DNA of 64,000 nucleotides, taken from an uncultured Rhizobium sp. (GTDB lineage Bacteria > Pseudomonadota > Alphaproteobacteria > Rickettsiales > UBA1997). Every line of letters starts with the position of its first letter. The stretch's first letter is position 1. Location of the stretch: positions 9,768-73,767 of the forward strand of contig CAZICL010000007.1 of NCBI GenBank assembly GCA_964537735.1, read 5' to 3'. The translations under genes were made by a program, and so were the position numbers. Below the pieces are notes generated by a model that was not told the DNA's origin, did no database searches, and saw nothing but the letters and a program-made list of their open reading frames with translations. Shown one piece after another: positions 39,234 to 48,650 of the stretch.

Positions 39234-40723
39234 TGTCCTACATTCCTCAAGAAATCGGTGGTTTAAATCACGAAACTGAACTTTTAATCAAACAATCTCA
39301 CGAAGGCGCCTGTGGTGTTGATTTACCTGAAGTGGCTGATTTTTCTTTACGCACTGGTCAAAACAAACGTCAACAAATTGGTTTGCCGCAAGTCACTGAA
39401 CCTCAAGCCATCCGTCATTTTGTACGTTTGTCAAATCAAAATTATTCAATCGATGCCGGATTTTATCCGCTGGGTTCTTGCACCATGAAACATAATCCAC
39501 GCTTGAATGAAAAGATGGCACGCTTACCAGGTCTTGCTGACATTCATCCGCTACAAGATCAGTCAACTGTGCAGGGTGCATTGGAATTGATGTATAACTT
39601 ACAAAACTGGCTTTCAACTTTGACTGGTTTAGGAGCTACATCTCTTGCTCCAGCTGCCGGCGCTCAAGGAGAATTTGCCGGAATTTTAGTCATTAAGAAA
39701 GCTCACGAGAAAAAAGGCGAAGCTGCAACTCGTAGAATCATTTTAATCCCCGATTCTGCTCATGGCACTAACCCAGCAACAGCTGCAATGTGTGGCTTCG
39801 ATATTAAAGTTATTCCTTCCGATAAAGAAGGTTTGATTGACGTTGCCGCTTTGGAAAAATTGGTTGCTGAACATGGTAAGGCGATTGCAGGCACCATGAT
39901 CACCAACCCTAATACTTGCGGAAAATTCGAAAAAAATATCAAAAAGATTGCTGATTTAATTCACTCAGTCGGCGGTTATTTCTATTGCGACGGCGCTAAT
40001 TACAACGCCATCGTTGGTAAAGTGCGCCCTGCTGACATTGGCGTTGACGTCATGCATTTCAACTTACACAAAACCTTTTCTACACCACATGGTGGCGGCG
40101 GACCTGGTTCTGGACCAATTGCTGTACGTGCGGAATTAGCGGAATTTTTACCAACTCCGCATGTTGAAAAAGATGGCGACACTTACAAATTAGTCGCTCC
40201 CAAATCAAGCTGTGGCAAAGTTAAAGGTTTTAACGGTCAATTTGGTATGCACATTCGCGCCTTAACTTACATGCTTTCACACGGTACTGATGGTTTGCAA
40301 AAAGTTGCTGAAGATGCTGTTCTTTCTGCCAATTATATTCTCGCTAAATTAAAAGATTTGTATCACGTGCCTTTTGAAGGAAACTGCATGCACGAATGTT
40401 TGCTCACCGACAAAATTCAAAAAGCACAAGGCATTTCCACGCTAGATATTGCTAAAGCCTTGGTTGAGTATGGCATCCATCCAATGACTGTGTTCTTCCC
40501 TTTGGTAGTACAAGGTGCAATGCTTATTGAACCAACTGAAACTGAAACCAAGCAAGCTATTGATCAATTTATTGACACCATGATTTTCATTGCCAAAGAA
40601 ATACAGGAAGGTCGCGGCGACAGATTCCACAATTATCCTCTTAATACCCCAAGAAGAAGATTAGATGAAGTTAAAGCTGCCAAAACTCCTGTAACTACTT
40701 GGATGCAAAATCAAAATGGCTGA
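39233..40723 (+). CDS. gcvPB: glycine dehydrogenase subunit 2
   Basis: YPLGSCTMKHNP, PAAGAQGE, SAHGTNPA, PLP-Lys motif HFNLHKTF, PHGGGGPG, IEPTETE. Confidence 0.97.
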   Translation: MSYIPQEIGGLNHETELLIKQSHEGACGVDLPEVADFSLRTGQNKRQQIGLPQVTEPQAIRHFVRLSNQNYSIDAGFYPLGSCTMKHNPRLNEKMARLPGLADIHPLQDQSTVQGALELMYNLQNWLSTLTGLGATSLAPAAGAQGEFAGILVIKKAHEKKGEAATRRIILIPDSAHGTNPATAAMCGFDIKVIPSDKEGLIDVAALEKLVAEHGKAIAGTMITNPNTCGKFEKNIKKIADLIHSVGGYFYCDGANYNAIVGKVRPADIGVDVMHFNLHKTFSTPHGGGGPGSGPIAVRAELAEFLPTPHVEKDGDTYKLVAPKSSCGKVKGFNGQFGMHIRALTYMLSHGTDGLQKVAEDAVLSANYILAKLKDLYHVPFEGNCMHECLLTDKIQKAQGISTLDIAKALVEYGIHPMTVFFPLVVQGAMLIEPTETETKQAIDQFIDTMIFIAKEIQEGRGDRFHNYPLNTPRRRLDEVKAAKTPVTTWMQNQNG

Positions 40724-41678
40724 TCTTTCTGGTAATAATTTTTTCAAGGCTCTGTTGCAAATTTTTACTGCAAAGCCCGCAGTGATTTGCAACAGAGCCC
40801 TTAAAAACGACACTAGAACCACCACTTCCGACAAAAAAACTGCTTTCTCTTTAGTTGAACTCTCAATTGTTGTCACCGTAATCGGCGTAATGATTGCGGG
40901 AATTATCGGTGCCACCGGCATGATCAAAGCTGCATCAATTTCCGGCGCCAGATCTTTCACTCTTAAATCAAGCGTATCACAAATCAGCGGACTTGTCGCT
41001 TGGTACGAAACTTCCCTAACCCAAAGCCTTAAATCTTCAGAAGCTTTTGATGGCGCAGCAATCAGCACTTGGTTTGACATCAGCCCAACTTCAATTACTA
41101 ACAGAAGAAATACTTTAAGCCGCAGCGCTTCAAACGACCTGATCTATCAGGAAAATGGTATTAACAACTTGCCCAGCCTAAAATTTAACGGCAAAGCCAA
41201 TTTGGTGCTGAATAATTTTTACGAGAGCACTTCCGACGAACACACCATTTTCTTCGTTGCACGCCCCTACATTTTGGGTAGCAACACCGGCACTATAATT
41301 GACTCGGCAAACGCTTCTGCCTCTACAACTTCAATTGCTTTTACCAATACCGGAATACGCATGTTTTTCGGCGTTGCCGCCACTGCTTCTGGAACAAATA
41401 TTAGTAGCGGTCAGGATTACATTGTTGCGACCTATGCTAATGGTTCTGCTTCAAAAGTTTACATTAACAACGCTGCTGCCACCATCGGCAATGCCATTAA
41501 TCCCGGCAACAATATTTTACAGGGTCTGACAGTCGGAACCGACAAAAACAGTGCTGCTGCTTTTACCGGCCTGATCTCTGAGATTATAATTTTTAATCGC
41601 CCACTACACCTGCAGGAAAGACGCGATATCTTCAAATATTTGTCTTACAAATATAATATTACGGTAAACGGAATCTAA
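40716..41678 (+). CDS. type IV pilin-like N-terminal methylation motif plus LamG/ConA-like domain protein
   Basis: AFSLVELSIVVTVIGVMIAG; GLVAWYE; C-terminal FTGLISEIIIFNRPL. Confidence 0.8.
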   Translation: MADLSGNNFFKALLQIFTAKPAVICNRALKNDTRTTTSDKKTAFSLVELSIVVTVIGVMIAGIIGATGMIKAASISGARSFTLKSSVSQISGLVAWYETSLTQSLKSSEAFDGAAISTWFDISPTSITNRRNTLSRSASNDLIYQENGINNLPSLKFNGKANLVLNNFYESTSDEHTIFFVARPYILGSNTGTIIDSANASASTTSIAFTNTGIRMFFGVAATASGTNISSGQDYIVATYANGSASKVYINNAAATIGNAINPGNNILQGLTVGTDKNSAAAFTGLISEIIIFNRPLHLQERRDIFKYLSYKYNITVNGI

Positions 41679-41681
41679 GGA

Positions 41682-42506
41682 ATGAAAAAAAATCAGGCTT
41701 TCACTTTGATTGAAATGTCGATAGTTTTGATCATCATCGGCCTTCTTGTTGCTGGAACAATGGGCGGTATTTCCTTGATAAAAACTTCAAGATTGGAAAC
41801 TGCCAGATCAATCACATCAAGAGCACCAATTGCTAATATTGAAGGTTTGGTGGCCTGGTATGAAACTTGCGCGGCGGATAGTTTTAATAGTTCCGAAAAT
41901 TATAATGGCGCACCAATCACCAGCTGGTATGATATCAGCCCAGCTTCACTTATTTTGAAAAAAAATACTTTGAACAAAAATGGCGGAGTTGCCGGTAATT
42001 TAACCTATATTTCTGACGGCATTAATGGAGTGCCCAGTCTTAAATTTACAAGTGGTGGACACTTAACAATTCCAGAATTTTATCAGGGTAATTTGATGCA
42101 ACGCACACAATTTGTTGTGATCAGACCATTTAATTTCGGCTCTGTGATTGTCAGCGGTATGATCATATCACAAAACAAGTTGCTGTTTCCTGACGGATCA
42201 ATGACCGCCGCAATCAGCCCAGCAGTTGCTACCGGACAAAATTATATCATCGCCATGTATTACAATAATAATGCCTCTAAGGTCTATCTCAACAATACAG
42301 CAAATATGGTGGGCAATACTGAGGTAAACGCTACAACCACATCTCAAGATGGATTAACAGTTGGTGCCGACACTAACAATTCCAAACCTTATGTTGGACT
42401 GATTTCAGAAATAATTATTTACAACCGCCCACTCAAAGCCACCGAGAGAAAAGATGTTTTCAAATATCTGTCCACAAAATATAAAATTTCCGTTCAAGGA
42501 ATCTAA
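41682..42506 (+). CDS. paralogous pilin-like plus LamG/ConA-like domain protein
   Basis: AFTLIEMSIVLIIIGLLVAG; GLVAWYE; YVGLISEIIIYNRPL; ends KYKISVQGI (paralog ends KYNITVNGI). Confidence 0.85.
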   Translation: MKKNQAFTLIEMSIVLIIIGLLVAGTMGGISLIKTSRLETARSITSRAPIANIEGLVAWYETCAADSFNSSENYNGAPITSWYDISPASLILKKNTLNKNGGVAGNLTYISDGINGVPSLKFTSGGHLTIPEFYQGNLMQRTQFVVIRPFNFGSVIVSGMIISQNKLLFPDGSMTAAISPAVATGQNYIIAMYYNNNASKVYLNNTANMVGNTEVNATTTSQDGLTVGADTNNSKPYVGLISEIIIYNRPLKATERKDVFKYLSTKYKISVQGI

Positions 42507-42522
42507 GAGACTATTACAAATC
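42507..42522 (+). repeat. degenerate end of the GAGACTGTCGCAAATC element family
   Basis: GAGACTATTACAAATC (13/16), directly after the TAA of the second pilin-LamG gene. Confidence 0.4.
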
Positions 42523-42639
42523 CGCTTTTGCAAAAAATTTAATTGGCTCTAAAGACAAGACCTTGAAAGTTTTTTCAACATCATTAGTTATTTCAAACTC
42601 GCCACTTCTCACTTCTAGAAACTCCCAATTTTTACAAAA

Positions 42640-43566
42640 ATGGTAAATTCTTCTTCGGTTAAAAATACGACTAACAACAATCTGGCCGTAATGCCACGCG
42701 ATATTGTTAAATCAAGTGATGCCGGCTTTTTGCAATATTTAAAAGAAATTCAGAAATTCCCCATTCTCACTAAAGAAGAAGAGTTTGAATATGGCACCAA
42801 ATTTCAAGAAAATGGCGACAAAGAAGCGGCAAAAATGCTGGTTCAAAGCCATTTGCGTTTAGTAGTTAAAATTGCCCGTAAATTTAAAAATTACGGTTTA
42901 CCCATGTTTGATATTGTCTCTGAAGGAAATGTTGGCTTGGTTCAAGCAGTAAAGAAATTCGATCCACAGCGCGGATTTCGTTTTTCAACTTACGCTATGT
43001 GGTGGATCAAAGCCTATATTCAGGAATATGTTTTGCGCTCTTGGTCTTTAGTAAAAATCGGCACTACTGCCGCACAAAAAAAGCTTTTTTTCAATCTGCG
43101 AAAAATCAAAAATAGAATTGTCGGTGCGGCTTCTGGTAATGAACGCCTCGCTCCCGAACATATTGAAAAAATTTCCCGCGAATTAAATGTCACGGCAAAA
43201 GACGTTGTCGATATGGATTCAAGAATGAGCCAACCTGATTCTTCATTGAATAATTTTGTCGGTGACGAAGAAGATGGTAAAGAGATGATTCATGAACTGG
43301 CTTCACAAGAAGACAATCAAGAACAAATTGCCATTGCCAGTCAGGAAAAATCGCGCCGAGAAATTGCACTGCAAAGCGCCATCACTAAGTTAAATGAACG
43401 CGAAAAAGATATTTTATCTAAACGCCAAATGATTGAAAATCCGCTCACCCTCGAAGAGCTAAGCCAAATTTATGGTGTTTCCCGAGAACGCATCCGCCAA
43501 ATTGAAGAAGCGGCCATTAATAAGATTAGAAAAGAAGTGGTAAAAATTAATTTTGGCACCGCCTAA
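42640..43566 (+). CDS. rpoH: heat-shock sigma factor
   Basis: SEGNVGL..AVKKFDP.RGFRFSTYAMWWI, RpoH box TTAAQKKLFFNLR, GVSRERIRQIE. Confidence 0.96.
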   Translation: MVNSSSVKNTTNNNLAVMPRDIVKSSDAGFLQYLKEIQKFPILTKEEEFEYGTKFQENGDKEAAKMLVQSHLRLVVKIARKFKNYGLPMFDIVSEGNVGLVQAVKKFDPQRGFRFSTYAMWWIKAYIQEYVLRSWSLVKIGTTAAQKKLFFNLRKIKNRIVGAASGNERLAPEHIEKISRELNVTAKDVVDMDSRMSQPDSSLNNFVGDEEDGKEMIHELASQEDNQEQIAIASQEKSRREIALQSAITKLNEREKDILSKRQMIENPLTLEELSQIYGVSRERIRQIEEAAINKIRKEVVKINFGTA

Positions 43567-44171
43567 TGTTCACAGGAATAATCACTCATCTTGGCACTGT
43601 TGAAGCAATTAAAAATAACAGTAAAAAAGATTTATTGCTGACCATTTCCGCTCAAGAAAGTTCACGCCAACTTGAAATTGGCTGTTCAATTGCCTGTAAC
43701 GGCGTTTGTTTAACTTTAATTACCAAAAAGAAATCCGGCACAAAATATCTGCTCTCTTTTCAGGCCTCGAAAGAAACTCTCAATAAAACCACTTTAAATG
43801 ATTGGCGCGTTGGCGATTTAATTAATCTGGAATTTGCTCTACGCCTAGGTGATGAACTGGGAGGACATTTAGTTTCAGGTCATGTTGACGGAGTTGCCCA
43901 AATCAGAACCATAAAAAAGATTAAAGATTCACAACAGGTCACCTTCACAGCACCAAAAAATCTGATGAAATTTGCCGCAGAAAAAGGGTCAATCACTATT
44001 GACGGCACTTCTCTTACTATAAATCAAGTCACCAAAGATTCTTTTAGCGTCAATTTAATTGCCCACACAATTCAACATACCAACTTGCAAAATGCTAAAA
44101 TCGGACAGAACGTAAATATCGAAATTGACTTACTGGCGCGCTATGTGGAGAGAATGCAAAACTGGTCTTAG
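43566..44171 (+). CDS. ribE: riboflavin synthase alpha chain
   Basis: MFTGII, SIACNGVCLT, GGHLVSGHVDG, KGSITIDGTSLT, VNIEID. Confidence 0.96.
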   Translation: MFTGIITHLGTVEAIKNNSKKDLLLTISAQESSRQLEIGCSIACNGVCLTLITKKKSGTKYLLSFQASKETLNKTTLNDWRVGDLINLEFALRLGDELGGHLVSGHVDGVAQIRTIKKIKDSQQVTFTAPKNLMKFAAEKGSITIDGTSLTINQVTKDSFSVNLIAHTIQHTNLQNAKIGQNVNIEIDLLARYVERMQNWS

Positions 44172-44182
44172 TTTCATTCTAG

Positions 44183-44746
44183 CTATTTCTCAGCTACTAC
44201 AACAAAGCTGATTTCAATTTCATCTTTTACACCATTAGCTTTTTTAACGTCACTATTACCAACGCCAAAAGCACTACGCTTAATCATTGCTTTTCCTACA
44301 GCTTTGGCCTTGCTAGCACTATATTCTTCAAAAGAGAATTCCACAATTGCAGGAACTGTTTTGCCTTTAATGGTTAAATTTCCTTCAGCTTTAAATGATT
44401 TTCCAACAGCACTGAATTTTGCAGCAACAAAACTTGCTTTTGGGAAAATCTTAGTTGAAAGCCAATCAGTACTTTGAGCCGTAGCAACTGCATCTGCAAA
44501 AGAAAGTGTGAGTGACGACGTATCAATGTCGATAGCCACTTTGCTTTTAGCAAGATGCGACTTATCAAAATTAATTTTACCATCAAATTTCTTAAATGAT
44601 CCGGTAATAGTCGATGAATCTTGTATCAGTTTAAATTCAAGCTTGCTTTGTGTTTGGTTGATTTTCCAGGCTGGAACTTCAGCAGCATTGGTATTGGCAG
44701 TAGAACTTAACAGAATTAAGGTTAGAGCTGTAATAATTCTTTTCAT
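44183..44746 (-). CDS. YceI-family periplasmic lipid/polyisoprenoid-binding protein
   Basis: Signal peptide, W.I....S.L.F, G.F..F.G, FP.A.F, G.LTIKG.T, RSAFGVG. Confidence 0.88.
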   Translation of the reverse strand: MKRIITALTLILLSSTANTNAAEVPAWKINQTQSKLEFKLIQDSSTITGSFKKFDGKINFDKSHLAKSKVAIDIDTSSLTLSFADAVATAQSTDWLSTKIFPKASFVAAKFSAVGKSFKAEGNLTIKGKTVPAIVEFSFEEYSASKAKAVGKAMIKRSAFGVGNSDVKKANGVKDEIEISFVVVAEK

Positions 44747-44779
44747 AAAGATTTGAAAATGGATTGAGCATATCGCAAA

Positions 44780-44819
44780 AAAAAAGGCCTGTGAGAAAAA
44801 AATCTCACAGGCCTTTTTT
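44780..44819. terminator. intrinsic terminator after acpP
   Basis: 17-bp perfect IR AAAAAAGGCCTGTGAGA / TCTCACAGGCCTTTTTT with a 6-nt loop. Confidence 0.88.
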
Positions 44820-44840
44820 CAAAAATAATTTCTAAAGAAA

Positions 44841-45080
44841 CTACATATTTTCTGAAATATATTTCACAGCGCTGGCAACTGTAGTAATTTTTTCGGCAGC
44901 GTCATCAGGAATTTCAATTCCGAATTCTTCTTCAAAAGCCATTACCAATTCAACTTGGTCCAAGCTATCTGCACCTAAATCATCGATGAAGCTGGCATTT
45001 TCAGTAACTTTTGCTTCTTCTACGCCAAGATGGTTAATGATGATTTTTTTAACTCTTTCGAAGATATCGTTGTTGCTCAT
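44841..45080 (-). CDS. acpP: acyl carrier protein
   Basis: [26 protein letters not shown]. Confidence 0.98.
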   Translation of the reverse strand: MSNNDIFERVKKIIINHLGVEEAKVTENASFIDDLGADSLDQVELVMAFEEEFGIEIPDDAAEKITTVASAVKYISENM

Positions 45081-45145
45081 AAATTAAGATTGGTTGTTGA
45101 TAAAAATTCGTAAAGGAAAATGGAAAGCCTCCTGGCCCCTCAAGT

Positions 45146-45181
45146 GGGGCGGCAACTTAAGTAGTGACAATTAAATAGCAA
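45146..45181 (-). promoter_or_regulatory. putative sigma70 promoter of acpP
   Basis: Minus strand TTGCTA-N16-TAAGTT-GCCGCCCC. Confidence 0.6.
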
Positions 45182-45245
45182 ATAAAAATACCAAATATTA
45201 CAGACATTTCTCTGCAACCTATGGTTCTTAGCCTGTTCTAAATCT

Positions 45246-46169
45246 CTACTGCATTATTGCCATTATTCCATGATCGGAATTGAGAGATTTTGCACCGTTA
45301 AAAAATGGTAAAAAACCTAAAAATCTGTTAAAGAATTTTGTATCATGTTTTTCAATTTCAACTTGTTTTATTGGAAAATTTTTAACATCGATTTTGTGAG
45401 ATTTTTCTAAATAAAAAATCGCCTGATCCTTGCCACCAATTTCATCAATCAAACCAACAGCCAAAGCTTGTCTTCCCGTGAATATACGGCCATCCAAAAC
45501 TTTGGTATTTTTACTTAACCTATCGCCTCTTCTCTCACGCACCAACTCCGAGAAAAATTTATAACTATCCTGAATTGATGCATTAATCACTTGATCCACT
45601 GCCAAACTTGGTTTTTCAAAAGGAGATGGACTTCCCTTAAGTGGTGAAGATTTATAACTGCGCAGTTTAATACCAACTTTATTTGCCAAACCAGTAATAT
45701 CCGGCGATTCCATCAAAACACCAATTGAACCAGTAAGAGTGCCGTTTCTGGCAATAATATAATCAGAAGCCAAGGCTGCCATATAGCCGCCGGAAGCAGC
45801 AACTGAACCCATAGTAACAACTAAAGGCTTGTGCGCTGCAATATTTCTTAAATCTTCAAATAGAACTTCACTGCCAACAATACCGCCACCTGGACTATCA
45901 ATATTAACAATAACGGCTTTGATTGATTTTTCTTCGGCAATTTTTTCTAAAACTTCGCTGCGATAATCATCTTCCATAATCATACCATCAATCTTAACTG
46001 AAGCGATATAATTTTCGACATTGGCCACACCATCAGATAATCCTCCTCCGAAAAACAACCTCATACCAAAAAGCAAAGCAACAACTGCTAACAAAGTAGC
46101 AATATTTTTCCACTTGTGAACTTTATTTTTAAGATGAATGAGAGCAGCAAGATTATCAGAGAAATTCAT
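45246..46169 (-). CDS. sppA: signal peptide peptidase SppA (36K type)
   Basis: IDSPGG, MGSVAASGGY, TGSIGV, DGRIFTG.QA...GLIDE.GG. Confidence 0.94.
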   Translation of the reverse strand: MNFSDNLAALIHLKNKVHKWKNIATLLAVVALLFGMRLFFGGGLSDGVANVENYIASVKIDGMIMEDDYRSEVLEKIAEEKSIKAVIVNIDSPGGGIVGSEVLFEDLRNIAAHKPLVVTMGSVAASGGYMAALASDYIIARNGTLTGSIGVLMESPDITGLANKVGIKLRSYKSSPLKGSPSPFEKPSLAVDQVINASIQDSYKFFSELVRERRGDRLSKNTKVLDGRIFTGRQALAVGLIDEIGGKDQAIFYLEKSHKIDVKNFPIKQVEIEKHDTKFFNRFLGFLPFFNGAKSLNSDHGIMAIMQ

Positions 46170-46189
46170 GGGAAAATAGGTAGGAAAAA

Positions 46190-46244
46190 GGGGTGAGGAA
46201 TAAGGAGAAAGGTTTACCCTTCTTGACCCTTATTCCTCAACCCT
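46190..46244. repeat. long hairpin between rpsA and sppA
   Basis: TGAGGAATAAGG / CCTTATTCCTCA 12-bp perfect IR, extended by GGG/CCC and an inner AGAAAGG/CCCTTCT stem. Confidence 0.7.
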
Positions 46245-46252
46245 AATTATTT

Positions 46253-47971
46253 TTACTCTTCTTTAGCAGCTTCTTCTTTAGCAGCTTTTAACACGTCACC
46301 AAGACTGGTTCCGGTAGTTTCGCCACCATAAAGATGAGCTTCTTGTTCATCGGCTTCCATGTCTTTAATTGAAAGCAAAAGCTTTCCAGTAACTTTGTTG
46401 AACAAAGTAACTTTAGCTTCGATACGATCGCCAACTTCAAATTTTTCAGTCTTTTGATCCTGTTTGTTTTTAGACAAATCAAGTCTCTTGATCACAGCTT
46501 TCAGACCGCTATCAAGTTCAACTTCCAAGAAATCTTTTTTGATGTTCACAACCACACAAGAAACAACCTGACCACTGTCAATTCTTTCCAAATCATCTTT
46601 GAAAGCAGGGTTATCAAGCTGTTTGATACCAAGAGAAATTCTCTCTTTTTCATAATTGCTACCCAAAACGATAACTTTAACCTTATCGTCTTTTTTGAAT
46701 TTTTTTAGAGATTCTTCATTAGCACCGACAGCAATATCAGAAACGTGAACTAGACCATCAACGCCGCTGTCGAAACCAACAAACAAACCAAATTCAGTGA
46801 AATTTTTGACAAAACCTTCAACAACATCACCAACTTTATTGGCATCAGAGAAAGCCTGCCAAGGATTTTTCTCACATTGCTTCATACCAAGAGAAATACG
46901 GTGATTTTGCGGATTAATATCCAAAACCATCACTTCTACTTCTTGCTTAGGAGCTAAGAATTTGTTTGGAGTTGAGTTGTTTTTCAACCAGCTCATCTCA
47001 GAAACGTGAACTAAACCTTCAATACCTTCTTCAATTTCAACGAAAGCACCGTAAGTTGTAATGTTAGTAACATGACCTTTAACAACTGCTCCAACTGGAT
47101 ATCTTTGCGCAATTGTATCCCAAGGATTTTGTTGCAATTGTTTCATGCCCAAAGAAACGCGTTTGCTTTCTTCGTCATACTTAATGACCTGAACTTTAAC
47201 TTCTTGACCAACCTTTAGAGCTTCCGATGGATGTCTAACGCGGCACCAAGAAATGTCAGTCAAATGCAACAAACCGTCAAATGAACCGAAATCAATAAAC
47301 GCACCGTAGTCGGTGATGTTTTTGATAACACCATCAAGCACATCGCCAACTTTGATTTTGGCAAGAACTTTGTCTTTTTCGACATTGCGCTGAGTTTCAA
47401 GAATAGCACGGCGAGAAACCACCACGTTACCGCGGATTTCATCAATTTTTAGAACTTGCAATTTTTCAGTTTTACCAATCAAGAAGGTATCATCTGATAA
47501 TAGCATTGTGTCAACTTGGCTGCGCGGTAAGAAACAAGTAATACCATTAACATCAACGGCATAACCACCTTTAACTTTACCAAGAATTCGACCTTCAATT
47601 ACAGTCTTATCTTCCAAACAATTTTTTAAGAAATGCCAGTTATTGTAACGTCTTGCATTATCACGGCTGATGACCAATTCACCTTTTTTATTTTCAAGTC
47701 TTTCAAGGAAGACATCTACAACATCACCTTCGTTAATTTCTCCATCTCTTTTGAATTCAGCAATATCGACAAATCCAACTGATTTTGCGCCAATATCAAC
47801 TGCAACACCTTTATCAGAAATTCCGACAATAACACCTTTAACAACGGTGCCTTCGACAAGCCTTTGGCTGTCTTTTTCATATTCTTCGAATAGTTCTGCG
47901 AAGTTTTCTTCAGCAAATAGTTTTTCTTGCTCGCTGATCAAATTAGCGTCAGCTGCTGCTTTGTTAGTCAT
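46253..47971 (-). CDS. rpsA: 30S ribosomal protein S1
   Basis: Six S1 repeats (VKGGYAV, FLPRSQVD, DYGAFIDFG..DGLLHLTDISW, EGLVHVSEMSW, RISLG.KQ). Confidence 0.98.
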   Translation of the reverse strand: MTNKAAADANLISEQEKLFAEENFAELFEEYEKDSQRLVEGTVVKGVIVGISDKGVAVDIGAKSVGFVDIAEFKRDGEINEGDVVDVFLERLENKKGELVISRDNARRYNNWHFLKNCLEDKTVIEGRILGKVKGGYAVDVNGITCFLPRSQVDTMLLSDDTFLIGKTEKLQVLKIDEIRGNVVVSRRAILETQRNVEKDKVLAKIKVGDVLDGVIKNITDYGAFIDFGSFDGLLHLTDISWCRVRHPSEALKVGQEVKVQVIKYDEESKRVSLGMKQLQQNPWDTIAQRYPVGAVVKGHVTNITTYGAFVEIEEGIEGLVHVSEMSWLKNNSTPNKFLAPKQEVEVMVLDINPQNHRISLGMKQCEKNPWQAFSDANKVGDVVEGFVKNFTEFGLFVGFDSGVDGLVHVSDIAVGANEESLKKFKKDDKVKVIVLGSNYEKERISLGIKQLDNPAFKDDLERIDSGQVVSCVVVNIKKDFLEVELDSGLKAVIKRLDLSKNKQDQKTEKFEVGDRIEAKVTLFNKVTGKLLLSIKDMEADEQEAHLYGGETTGTSLGDVLKAAKEEAAKEE

Positions 47972-48112
47972 AAATTGTAAGTTTAACGGTTAATAGAATC
48001 CCGGCGCCAGAGCTAAACAGCCTTTGCCGTTTCAAGACTTATAAATCAGGTCTTAAAACCTCGAATTGAAAAAATTTTCCTTAAAAAAATTAAGAATATC
48101 CCCCCAAAAAAG

Positions 48113-48148
48113 AGGCGGGCAACTTAAGAAAACAACGGTAAGAAGCAA
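48113..48148 (-). promoter_or_regulatory. putative sigma70 promoter of rpsA
   Basis: Minus strand TTGCTT-N16-TAAGTT-GCCCGCC. Confidence 0.6.
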
Positions 48149-48248
48149 GTGGTAATTCCCTTTTTTTAAGAAGAATAAATAGTTGACTATTTCACTGGGT
48201 CTTTAAAATATCAGCCCTCAAATTTTTACAAGGATCACGTTCTAACAA

Positions 48249-48650
48249 ATGATTTTAACAACCAGAGCCAGATATGCTGTAATGGCAGTAATTGACATTG
48301 CTGATAATGAATCCGGCCAACCAATAACATTACTTACTATCTCCGAACGTCAGAAAATTTCTCTTTCTTATTTAGAGCAAATCTTCTCCCGTTTGCGCAA
48401 AGCTGGTCTTGTTGAATCAGTGAAAGGTCCAGGTGGTGGTTATGTTTTAAGTAAAGATACTGCGAATATTACCATTGACACCATCATTAAAGCCATCGGC
48501 GAACCAATAAAAATGACCCGTTGTGGCAATGTTCAAAAAAGCTGCATCAGCACCAACACCAAATGTAAAACTCATCATTTGTGGAATGGTTTGGAAAATA
48601 AAATTTACGAATATCTTAATTCAATCTCACTTGCTGATATATGCAGATAG
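48249..48650 (+). CDS. iscR: Rrf2/IscR-family regulator
   Basis: LTTRARYAV, ISLSYLEQIF..LRKAGLV.S.KGPGGGY, three Cys plus His (C..C..CKTH). Confidence 0.9.
   Translation: MILTTRARYAVMAVIDIADNESGQPITLLTISERQKISLSYLEQIFSRLRKAGLVESVKGPGGGYVLSKDTANITIDTIIKAIGEPIKMTRCGNVQKSCISTNTKCKTHHLWNGLENKIYEYLNSISLADICR

Noticed and set aside
40661-41080. 139-aa minus-strand ORF, and similar shadow ORFs (31844-32698, 35339-36310, 38071-38505, 24724-25095)
   Set aside because: They are antisense to well-supported genes, have no motifs, and are expected from codon bias.
42560-42591. sigma32 autoregulatory promoter upstream of rpoH (CTTGAA...)
   Set aside because: Only the -35-like hexamer fits; there is no convincing -10 element.
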